From Crocinitomicaceae bacterium (lineage in GTDB: Bacteria > Bacteroidota > Bacteroidia > Flavobacteriales_D > Crocinitomicaceae): a DNA stretch of 64,000 nucleotides. Position numbers and translations under genes: made by a program. The stretch covers positions 15,353-79,352 of the forward strand of contig JBILBR010000010.1 in the NCBI GenBank assembly GCA_044353585.1, in the 5' to 3' direction. Within the stretch, counting starts at the first letter, position 1; each line of letters begins with the position of its first letter. Below the pieces are notes generated by a model, which saw only the letters and a list, made by a program, of their open reading frames with translations, searched no databases and was not told the origin of the DNA. Positions 41,195 to 48,976 of the stretch are shown piece after piece.

Positions 41195-41438
41195 AACAAA
41201 CCGTTTATATAACAACAAAAACTGGCTGAATAAAATAATAAATATTATTTCTGATAAATTCCACAAATTTGATGATTTTGAAGTCTACTTTGAAAGGAAA
41301 ATAGCGTTGACTGTATTTCCTGAGCTTGCAAGTAAACTGCATAATAAATATTGTCGACTATAGATTTTAGAAATGAAAAATCAATTCACTTAGAAAGATG
41401 GAGAACAAAATATGAAGCAAACTAGTGAAGAAAAAACG

Positions 41439-41571
41439 CCCTATAACAGGGGTTTTTCGCAACGCGGGGTTTTGTGTTTCAAAAAGTCATCCAGTTGCTT
41501 GGAAGTTAGCGTTACTTTTGATACATTGGATCCCTGAAACGCGCGCTGCGCAAAGCCGCGGACCGTTATGA
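41439..41571 (+). other. attC-like imperfect palindrome 1 (about 133 bp)
   Basis: CCCTATAACAGGGGTTTTTCGCAACGCG ... CGCGCTGCGCAAAGCCGCGGACCGTTATGAG. The outer boxes ATAAC/GTTAT and the inner arms are complementary with bulges. Confidence 0.45.
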
Positions 41572-41714
41572 GCAAGTTAAACAAACATAGCTGTTCAAAG
41601 CAGGCTGACCATCTAATGTGACAAACAAAAAATTGGAGACAAGAAAACCACTATAAAAACAGGGAGTATTCTGAAAATCCATAAGAGTAGGAACAAAATT
41701 AAATCTTAAATAAA

Positions 41715-42062
41715 ATGAAAAAATTATTGATTTTAGCAACGATGTTGCTTACACTTGGTTTTGCAAAGGCGCAAACTTTTGAAAAATCACTAGCTGGAAT
41801 GTACGAATCTACTAGTGGTAGCGATTGGGTATCTCTTAAAGATAATGGAACGGGAAAATTATGTATCACGAGTGATTATATGAACTTGGGTTGTTTGAGT
41901 TTTACTTGGACTTCAGATGAAGATCAAGTATTTATTAAATTCAATGATGAGTATGGTTACGAAACATCTAAATGGAGCTATTGGGCTAAAAAAAGTGGTA
42001 TTCTTAATCTCGATTTCCCGACTGGTTTTGGTCCTAATTTAAATTTTATCAAAACAAGATAG
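41715..42062 (+). CDS. hypothetical small secreted protein (cassette ORF 2)
   Basis: 115 aa with signal peptide MKKLLILATMLLTLGFAKAQ. Confidence 0.6.
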   Translation: MKKLLILATMLLTLGFAKAQTFEKSLAGMYESTSGSDWVSLKDNGTGKLCITSDYMNLGCLSFTWTSDEDQVFIKFNDEYGYETSKWSYWAKKSGILNLDFPTGFGPNLNFIKTR

Positions 42063-42165
42063 ATAGGTAAATTCATCATATTTGTTAAACACAGCAGTTT
42101 TGATACAAAATTATCGAGGAAAAATACGTAAACTAAAAAACCCAAAGAGTATTAATACAACCTCC

Positions 42166-42254
42166 CCATAACAGCGCGCAAGCGCCATATCCATGCCGTC
42201 CCGAAGCTTCGGGACAACACAGGACTACGCTCGCCTACACGCAAACCGTTATGG
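42166..42254 (+). other. attC-like imperfect palindrome 2 (about 89 bp)
   Basis: CCATAAC (42166-42172) is the exact reverse complement of GTTATGG (42248-42254). The central perfect stem is GTCCCGAAG/CTTCGGGAC (42198-42215). Confidence 0.55.
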
Positions 42255-42273
42255 TGTATTCTAATCAAATACT

Positions 42274-43005
42274 ATGAAATTTATATTATACATCGTGGGT
42301 TTTCTTAATACGTCAATTGTTCTAGGACAACAACATCAGAATGGAAACATGTATTTATTATATGATGTTCCTAGTAATAAACATTACAATATAGACCAAG
42401 AAATCATTCCAAAGACAATTGCTCCTGGTACGTTTTGGGCATTAACATTTGGATTCAACGAAATAAACGAAGGCGGTTATATTGGAATCCAAACAGATTA
42501 TAGTAGTGTAAATAAGGGATTATTTATTTTTTCCATTTGGAATGCTGTTGGCGCAGAAAAAGGGGACAAAGAATCTTTCATAGAAGATTTCGGAGGTGAA
42601 GGTGTCGGAAAAAGTTGCAGGATTTCAATCCCTTTGATAGTATCACATATTTACAGGTTAAGAGTTTGGCAGTTAGATTCTGATATTACAGGGACATACT
42701 ATGGTGCTTGGATTCTTGACAAGTCAATCAACAAAGAGTATTATTTAGGTAAAATAAAAACAAATGAACAATCAACTCTGTCTAATCGGGTGTCAAATTT
42801 TGTAGAATACTACGGTGAAAAAAAACCTTGCAATAAGGTTCCATTCTCTCGTGCTCTTTTTTATCCAATAAAATTTGATTGTGATGATAATAGCGGCGTA
42901 TGTAAATATATTTTTATGTCCAATAGGTATACATACGCAGATTGTGTTAATGGCAAATGTATTTTGAACGACAGTTATAGTAATGTTAGTTTTGGAGGAG
43001 AATAA
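42274..43005 (+). CDS. hypothetical secreted protein (cassette ORF 3)
   Basis: 243 aa with signal peptide MKFILYIVGFLNTSIVLGQ. The start is 20 nt after the preceding attC-like site and the stop is 7 nt before the next. Confidence 0.65.
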   Translation: MKFILYIVGFLNTSIVLGQQHQNGNMYLLYDVPSNKHYNIDQEIIPKTIAPGTFWALTFGFNEINEGGYIGIQTDYSSVNKGLFIFSIWNAVGAEKGDKESFIEDFGGEGVGKSCRISIPLIVSHIYRLRVWQLDSDITGTYYGAWILDKSINKEYYLGKIKTNEQSTLSNRVSNFVEYYGEKKPCNKVPFSRALFYPIKFDCDDNSGVCKYIFMSNRYTYADCVNGKCILNDSYSNVSFGGE

Positions 43006-43012
43006 AAACATA

Positions 43013-43098
43013 CCATAACAGCGTGTAAGCAATATTGCCCTGCCCCCGCACATGCGGGACAACACAAGGCAACATCGCCTGCACGCAAACCGTTACCG
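43013..43098 (+). other. attC-like imperfect palindrome 3 (about 86 bp)
   Basis: CCATAACAGCGTGTAAGCAATATTGCC pairs with GGCAACATCGCCTGCACGCAAACCGTTAC. The central stem is CCCGCA/TGCGGG (43045-43058). The 3' box GTTACCG runs into mnmA-derived sequence. Confidence 0.55.
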
Positions 43099-43187
43099 TC
43101 AAGCACTCCAAGAAGGAACCTTAATTAAAAAAGGCGGCCTGGTATCTGCACGATGAGCTGATTGGCTCGGGGATCATTGAGAAGTGA
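43091..43187 (+). pseudogene. mnmA: decayed duplicate of the mnmA 3' end
   Basis: CGTTACCGTCAAGCACTCCAAGAAGGAACCTTAATT...TGGTATCTGCACGATGAGCTGATTGGCTCGGGGATCATTGAGAAGTGA aligns with mnmA 40400-40555. It carries substitutions and an internal deletion of about 59 bp. Confidence 0.8.
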
Positions 43188-43207
43188 TTACCGCTTCTTC
43201 TTAGGTA

Positions 43208-43545
43208 CGACTCCAATGGAGTCGGTTTAGATACGGATAAGTGTTGCCCGTTATTATATTCGACTCCGATGGAGTCGGTTTAGATACGGATAAGAGTTGC
43301 CCGTTATTATATTCGACTCCGATGGAGTCGGTTTAGATACGGATAAGTGTTGCCCGTTATTATATTCGACTCCGATGGAGTCGGTTTAGATACGGATAAG
43401 TGTCGCCCGTTATTATATTCGACTCCGATGGAGTCGGTTTAGATACGGATAAGTGTCGCCCGTTATTATATTCGACTCCGATGGAGTCGGTTTAGATACG
43501 GATAAGCGTTGCCCGTTATTATATTCGACTCCGATGGAGTCGGTT
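43208..43545. repeat. 53-bp tandem repeat, 6 full copies plus a partial seventh
   Basis: The unit CGACTCCGATGGAGTCGGTTTAGATACGGATAAGTGTTGCCCGTTATTATATT starts at 43208, 43261, 43314, 43367, 43420, 43473 and 43526. Each has a perfect 7-bp hairpin CGACTCC-GAT-GGAGTCG. Single-base variants cluster in AAGTGTTGC. Confidence 0.95.
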
Positions 43546-43569
43546 CGAGAATAGAAATCAATTCGGGTG

Positions 43570-43764
43570 TTAATTCAAACTCATTGAAAAGAAAATCGTT
43601 TGCTCCATTTCGGAAGCTTCGTTGTCTTTTTTGATTTGATCCATCAGGTTAGCCACTTCAAAAATCGACATCGTCGACTTGGTTCCTTGCTCACGGTGTA
43701 CGGAAAGTTTCAATTTAGCTTCGCGTACTACTTTACTTCTTAGACTTTGTTGATATTGTGCCAT
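43570..43764 (-). CDS. hypothetical small protein (64 aa)
   Basis: The ATG at 43764 (MAQYQQSLRSKVVREAKL...) is a likelier start than the ORF-track 43800. It lies 81 nt downstream of the nuclease gene on the same strand. Confidence 0.4.
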   Translation of the reverse strand: MAQYQQSLRSKVVREAKLKLSVHREQGTKSTMSIFEVANLMDQIKKDNEASEMEQTIFFSMSLN

Positions 43765-43845
43765 GGTTAAAATTTTGTAACGATGGCATCTTACGGACAA
43801 TATGTAACGAGGTTACAAAAATTATAAATCTTATCGAATCAGACC

Positions 43846-44757
43846 CTACGGTTTATGCTGATAACAAAACCCATCGGCATCCCCCGTCATTCGCTTACAT
43901 CGAGCACCTGCTTTTGTCATTCCTTTACATTGTGTTTGAGGTACACCCGATTGCGGTGAAGTACTTGGATTCGGAGAAGGGGAATTAATTATTGTCCATG
44001 TCCAGCAGGGAATACAAACCTCTTTTTCAAACGCATTTTCTCGTGAATCCGGCAGTTTATTAAAGAAATCAATTCCTGTTTCTTGCTCTACTTGATCTAC
44101 TGACACAGCAAATTTTTCTAGGGGCTCTTTACTTGCTTCATTCGGCATCAGAAATCCAATCGCTTTGGCATCATCTCCTGTATTATCAAGGATTACTTTG
44201 TAATAGTATTTCGGAATCGACACCCCATTTGGACCAAGTTGTACCAAGCCATCCTTCAATACAGGACCTGTAACCACATAAATGCTGTCATACGCTTTCG
44301 CCCAAGTTCTTACCTGTTCCTCTAGATTTTTCCATATCCCGCGATTGAACCCCGGCTCTTGTGGACTCATATTACTGAAATAAAACGATTCAGCCATGGC
44401 TTGTTGCGACCACCCCATATCCGCTGCAGGCGCAAGATGTCCGCGATCGTATCCCGATTTTGCATAATCAGCTACCGTAGCCGTTCCTGTAGAAACAGCA
44501 GGATCAGGGATGAATTCATCGGTTCGTTCAAATGCTTTTTCTGTTTCCTTTTTAGTTAATTCATAACCTACCCAAAACGCTTGTTCATGTTTTTCAGAGT
44601 ATTGAAAGGCATATCCCAAGTGTTTAATTACAGGTATATTTCCTTTCATCAACGGAAGCTCAAGATCATTGGGATGCAACGAATCTGGAGGTAAATTCAA
44701 TGCAAGTGATTGCATAGCAATCATACCTGTCACAATAAAAATCAATATTCTCATCAT
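43846..44757 (-). CDS. secreted DNA/RNA non-specific endonuclease (Serratia NucA-like beta-beta-alpha-Me)
   Basis: 303 aa with a signal peptide and the catalytic GYDRGHLAPAADM and FYFSNMSPQ motifs. Cys/His-rich C-terminal tail: CKGMTKAGARCKRMTGDADGFCYQH. Confidence 0.88.
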   Translation of the reverse strand: MMRILIFIVTGMIAMQSLALNLPPDSLHPNDLELPLMKGNIPVIKHLGYAFQYSEKHEQAFWVGYELTKKETEKAFERTDEFIPDPAVSTGTATVADYAKSGYDRGHLAPAADMGWSQQAMAESFYFSNMSPQEPGFNRGIWKNLEEQVRTWAKAYDSIYVVTGPVLKDGLVQLGPNGVSIPKYYYKVILDNTGDDAKAIGFLMPNEASKEPLEKFAVSVDQVEQETGIDFFNKLPDSRENAFEKEVCIPCWTWTIINSPSPNPSTSPQSGVPQTQCKGMTKAGARCKRMTGDADGFCYQHKP

Positions 44758-44758
44758 A

Positions 44759-45196
44759 TTATCTAATTTTTCCTTTATCTAACAAATGTATAAAATGAAA
44801 CCCTTTAGGCGAAAAGCCTTCGTTATAAAAGAATTTGTGTGCTTTGAAATTTGTGGTATAGGAATCTAAAGCCATCATATTGCACCCGAGCGCTTTAGCT
44901 TTTCCCTCCAGATAGTCGACGATCAACTTACCCACCCCATTACTTCTTATTTTTTCGGAAACCACAATGTTGTCAATTTCAAGGTATTTCCCACACCATA
45001 ATTTATTTCCAATCCAAACACCCGATACTCCCAGACACCTTCCTTCTTCAAAAACTGCCACTTGAGAATAATTGTGTTGAGTCATAAAGGTTAACTCGGT
45101 AGTATATTCTTCTTTGGTTAATGAGGGATACAATTCAGTGAGCACTTCATAGGTCGCCATCATCTCTTCGACGCTTGTTAATTCGATAACTTTCAT
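44759..45196 (-). CDS. GNAT-family N-acetyltransferase
   Basis: 145 aa with an acetyl-CoA-binding pattern (VVSEKIRSNGVGKLIVDYLE). Confidence 0.82.
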   Translation of the reverse strand: MKVIELTSVEEMMATYEVLTELYPSLTKEEYTTELTFMTQHNYSQVAVFEEGRCLGVSGVWIGNKLWCGKYLEIDNIVVSEKIRSNGVGKLIVDYLEGKAKALGCNMMALDSYTTNFKAHKFFYNEGFSPKGFHFIHLLDKGKIR

Positions 45197-45197
45197 C

Positions 45198-47534
45198 TTA
45201 CTTTTTAATCAAATTCTTTTCAAATAATTCATAAATCCTTCGGTACTCATCATACCATGAATAGGACTCAGTAAACCCATGCGCTTCAACCGGATAAGCC
45301 GCCAACTCCCAATTCGTTTTTCCTAATTCAATGAGGCGCTGTTGGAGTCGTACAATGTCCTGAAACTGGACGTTATCATCAACCATTCCATGCAGCATCA
45401 ACAGGGGTTTTTTCAATCCTTCTGCGTAATAAATCGGTGAACTTTTCTGGTAAGCAGTAGGATCCGTTTCAGGGTAATTTAATATGTTGCTGGTGTATTC
45501 GTGGTTATAATGCGCCCAGTCGGTAACTGAACGTAAGGCTGCGCCGCATGCAAAGGCATCCGGATGTTGGAATAAACTCATTAGCGTTACAAACCCACCA
45601 TAGGATCCGCCATAAATACCAACCCTGTTGGTATCGATGGATAACGTAGCAAGGAATTTTTTAGAATCAATAAAATCTTGCACATCCCGTCCCCCCATGT
45701 GTCGGTACACTGCGGTACGATAATCTCGTCCATACCCTGCACTGGCTCGATAATCAACATCTAAGACCGTATATCCTTGATCTACTAACAGGTTATGAAA
45801 CATATACTCTCGGTAATAATGACTCCACCAAGCGTGCGCATTCTGTAAATACCCCGCGCCGTGAACGAATAAGACCGCCGCGCCATTCTTTTTAGCAGCC
45901 GCAGGTTGATATAGGCGCGCATACACATTGATTCCGTCACTCGCTTTAAAGGTGATATACTCAGGTGTTCTCCACGGATAGGCACTGAATTTAGGAGATT
46001 GCGACTTGGTCAGTTGAATTGCGGGCTTATCCATGCTTCCAATAAATAACTCCCACGGAGCATTCGCGGTAGCGTTCAAATAAGCAACTTGTTGTTCGTT
46101 TGGTGAAATGGTCAAGTCTTTAAACCCTCCAGACGCGTTGGATATTACTGGAACTAACTTTCTGTGGATGCGATGCAACCACGCCCCTTGAAGCGCCCTC
46201 GGATTGTTAGCGTTATGAATGATAAAATAACGTTGCCCATCTTTACTCAGCATTACTTCGCTAATTTCAAATCCTTGTCCACCTGGGTATACGAGTTCCT
46301 TTTTCTTGGTAGTCAAATTCAATTCATACAATTGGGAGAACCCGTTCTCTTCGGATTGAAAATAAATCACTTCTTCTTGTTGAACAAACCCAAGGATTCC
46401 GGCTGACATATTCCATTCATTAATGCCAGGTCCTCCAATCCATGCCTCGTCGTGTTGATGTTCTAATTCAGTAATTTCTCCATTCAATAAGTTCACCGAA
46501 ACAATCCATCGGTCTTTGTTATCCGCCGCGCGGACGTCAAGCAATGCGAGGGGTATATTCACCGCAAAAACAGGATCATGCACAAAGAGTGGGCGATCTT
46601 TTTGAAAGAACATCCCTCCTACAGTGTCCATATAACTTGGTTTCTTTCGAATGTCTGAAAGCGAAGAAAAACTAAGGTTCAACACGGTATCCTTGTCCAA
46701 TGCATGAAGATACATCTGTTGGTTTGGCTCATTTTCACTGACCTTTGCGCGCGCCTCCATAGAACGAACATATCCTGAAGCCGTAATGAACTGTGGAACC
46801 AGGGTGTTCTGCCCCTCACCAGCCTCCTCTGTTCGTATAAAAACGACCCGATGTATAGGGTCTAAATAACGTCCTGAGATCGCGCCAAATCCAGCAGGAA
46901 GCTCGGTTTCTTTAACCACCTCAAACGGAGATTCATCCTTCTTTTTATCCGTTGGTTGTTGATCTCGGATGTACTCAAACAAGGCGGTTTGCTGTTTTTG
47001 TAAATGGGTTGAATCCTTCGATGTTGCTTTTTTGGGTTCAACATATCGGGTTAATTGAGTCAACTTTTGCATTCCCGAAGCATTAAAGGACAAGGCATAA
47101 AAATCTCCATTAATGCGCAAAGTAGCTTCCGTAGCGGAATACCGATTTATGTCGGAAATGAATTGATCGGTTTGAAATAAAATAATGGACTTAAGGGTTT
47201 TTCGATCAGTTAGTACCAGGCTATGTTCAAGTAAGGAAAGTTGATTCGTGAAATTAGCTTGGCGCTGGTCATACCCAACAACCGCTGCCATTTCAAGTTC
47301 TGTTATTGGAGAAAGCACACCCGTTTTGACGAGATAACGGTAGGGTTCAGATTCGTCTTTACCGTCCTTATTCCAACGAAAATAAACCGCTGAACCGTCT
47401 AAATTCCATTGGGGGGATTCCGGCCAGTACCCGGTAAAGTCCTGTCCTTTCATAATTTCCTTGAGTTCTAGTGTAGGTTGGGCAAGAACAAGGATATTCA
47501 GAAAACACAAGAAAATAAGGATCGTTGACTTCAT
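45198..47534 (-). CDS. S9-family serine peptidase (prolyl oligopeptidase/dipeptidyl peptidase-like), secreted
   Basis: Nucleophile elbow GGSYGG plus the LHGMVDDNV and EAHGF catalytic contexts. The ATG at 47534 gives signal peptide MKSTILIFLCFLNILVLAQ. Confidence 0.88.
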   Translation of the reverse strand: MKSTILIFLCFLNILVLAQPTLELKEIMKGQDFTGYWPESPQWNLDGSAVYFRWNKDGKDESEPYRYLVKTGVLSPITELEMAAVVGYDQRQANFTNQLSLLEHSLVLTDRKTLKSIILFQTDQFISDINRYSATEATLRINGDFYALSFNASGMQKLTQLTRYVEPKKATSKDSTHLQKQQTALFEYIRDQQPTDKKKDESPFEVVKETELPAGFGAISGRYLDPIHRVVFIRTEEAGEGQNTLVPQFITASGYVRSMEARAKVSENEPNQQMYLHALDKDTVLNLSFSSLSDIRKKPSYMDTVGGMFFQKDRPLFVHDPVFAVNIPLALLDVRAADNKDRWIVSVNLLNGEITELEHQHDEAWIGGPGINEWNMSAGILGFVQQEEVIYFQSEENGFSQLYELNLTTKKKELVYPGGQGFEISEVMLSKDGQRYFIIHNANNPRALQGAWLHRIHRKLVPVISNASGGFKDLTISPNEQQVAYLNATANAPWELFIGSMDKPAIQLTKSQSPKFSAYPWRTPEYITFKASDGINVYARLYQPAAAKKNGAAVLFVHGAGYLQNAHAWWSHYYREYMFHNLLVDQGYTVLDVDYRASAGYGRDYRTAVYRHMGGRDVQDFIDSKKFLATLSIDTNRVGIYGGSYGGFVTLMSLFQHPDAFACGAALRSVTDWAHYNHEYTSNILNYPETDPTAYQKSSPIYYAEGLKKPLLMLHGMVDDNVQFQDIVRLQQRLIELGKTNWELAAYPVEAHGFTESYSWYDEYRRIYELFEKNLIKK

Positions 47535-47582
47535 CGTTAATTTTTGCATAAAAATAGCCACAAATGGCGTAATTTCGCAGGG

Positions 47583-48350
47583 ATGATCGTCAGAATCAAA
47601 AAGATCCTTTACCGAATCCTGCCTACCTCCATGTACTTGGCTTGCATGCAGCGGGGCTTCTTCTTATTATACGATTTGGGATTGCTTAAATCGGATGAAC
47701 GGTTTAAATTCCATTATGCCACACGGAAGCTCATCAAATCTGAAGATATCGTATTAGACATCGGTGCGAACCTTGGGTATTTCTCGAAATTATTTGCTAG
47801 AAAAAACACTAAAGGGACACTTTACTCTATTGAGCCTATACCCATGTTTTTCAAGCGATTAGAAATAATATTATCAAGTCACAAACAGGTTAATCTGATT
47901 CATGCGGCGCTCGGTAATGCGGCCGGGAATTTACACATGGTGATGCCTGTTCAACACGGCGTAATGCGTACCGGATTACCTCATGTAATCTCTGAAGAAG
48001 AAGCAAAATCAACCCCCGACCATTTAATTGTTCCCGTGTTGGCAGCCAATGAATTCTTAGCCTCGCTACCGCGCTTGGATTACATAAAATGCGATATTGA
48101 AGGATACGAATGGACGGTATTTTCAAGCATTGGAATGGAATTGGACCGTTTACGCCCGATCGTTCAAATAGAAATTTCGGAGCGCTTTGTCGATGAATTT
48201 TGTAGCTTATTCGCCGCGTTAAATTACACCCAATTCGGATTATATGACGGTAAATTGGTAGAAGAACATGGGAAACAGCGTGTTACCTCAGACTTCTTGT
48301 TTGTCCCAAACGAAAAGATAGCAGAAATAATTTCTACCTTTAATGCATGA
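47583..48350 (+). CDS. FkbM-family methyltransferase
   Basis: LDIGANLGYFS SAM-binding motif and a C-terminal DIEGYEW pattern. The ATG at 47583 is preferred over 47544, which overlaps the divergent gene. Confidence 0.75.
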   Translation: MIVRIKKILYRILPTSMYLACMQRGFFLLYDLGLLKSDERFKFHYATRKLIKSEDIVLDIGANLGYFSKLFARKNTKGTLYSIEPIPMFFKRLEIILSSHKQVNLIHAALGNAAGNLHMVMPVQHGVMRTGLPHVISEEEAKSTPDHLIVPVLAANEFLASLPRLDYIKCDIEGYEWTVFSSIGMELDRLRPIVQIEISERFVDEFCSLFAALNYTQFGLYDGKLVEEHGKQRVTSDFLFVPNEKIAEIISTFNA

Positions 48351-48976
48351 AGCGATTATTAATCCTGTCACTTAGTTTAGTTTTATTGTTCCTATTTGGA
48401 TGCAACAAAGGGGCGGGGACATTTATCTTAGAAGGCGTAATCACAGATACGTCCTTCAATCAACCCTTAGCTGGCGCAGAAGTATCGTTATATGGAATTG
48501 CGGCAGGAAATAACCAATACGCAATGATTGCGAGCGCTGTAACTGGAGCAGATGGAAAATACAGCTTTACGTTTGACCGTACGCGTACAGAGAAATACAC
48601 CTTATACGTCAAGAAAAACCTATATTTCGAGCAGGAGGAAGAAGTGTACTATTCGCAATTAAAATTAAAAGAAACCAACATCCGAAACGTAAGCACTACC
48701 GCAAAATCTTGGGTAGAAATAAAAATTTTCAACAACAACGCCGCGAACAACGACCACCTACAATTCATACGGCAACAAGGAAAGATCGGATGTAGTGAAT
48801 GTTGTTTTTCAGGAACAAATCACCTGTATGGTTTTCAAGACACTTCCATTTTCTGCATCAATGACGGCAACAGTCTTTACTCAATAGAATATGCTGTATT
48901 TGGCACATCAAACACGGGAATTATTGGTGTAAACACTACCCCATTTGATACTACTGTACTCAACTTAACTTATTGA
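48347..48976 (+). CDS. lipoprotein with carboxypeptidase-regulatory-like domain
   Basis: 209 aa with a lipobox (LLFLFGC). GVITDTSFNQPLAGAEVSLYG is a CarboxypepD_reg-like start. The start overlaps the upstream stop by 4 nt. Confidence 0.6.
   Translation: MKRLLILSLSLVLLFLFGCNKGAGTFILEGVITDTSFNQPLAGAEVSLYGIAAGNNQYAMIASAVTGADGKYSFTFDRTRTEKYTLYVKKNLYFEQEEEVYYSQLKLKETNIRNVSTTAKSWVEIKIFNNNAANNDHLQFIRQQGKIGCSECCFSGTNHLYGFQDTSIFCINDGNSLYSIEYAVFGTSNTGIIGVNTTPFDTTVLNLTY

Larger units (their letters stand above)
40734..43098 (+). mobile_element. integron-like gene-cassette array candidate (three attC-like sites, no integrase in window)
   Basis: Three same-strand small ORFs are each followed by an imperfect palindrome with conserved YYATAAC...GTTATGR ends. 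See findings. Confidence 0.5.

Noticed and set aside
41166-41213. Short inverted repeat ATAAAC (41166-41171) / GTTTAT (41203-41208), followed by ATATAAC, overlapping the end of cassette ORF 1. It might be a fourth, degenerate attC or a cassette boundary.
   Set aside because: Only 6 bp of pairing with little inner complementarity. It is about 43 bp long, shorter than known attC sites, and lies in AT-rich sequence where such matches arise by chance.
41127-41363. 78-aa ORF from the track that overlaps the end of cassette ORF 1 in another frame.
   Set aside because: No signal, no motif and a low-complexity Asn/Lys-rich translation typical of AT-rich non-coding sequence. It overlaps a better ORF.
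43208-43545. Considered whether the 53-bp repeat array is a CRISPR array.
   Set aside because: The whole 53-bp unit repeats nearly identically. There are no unique spacers between conserved repeats and no cas genes nearby, so it is a plain tandem repeat.
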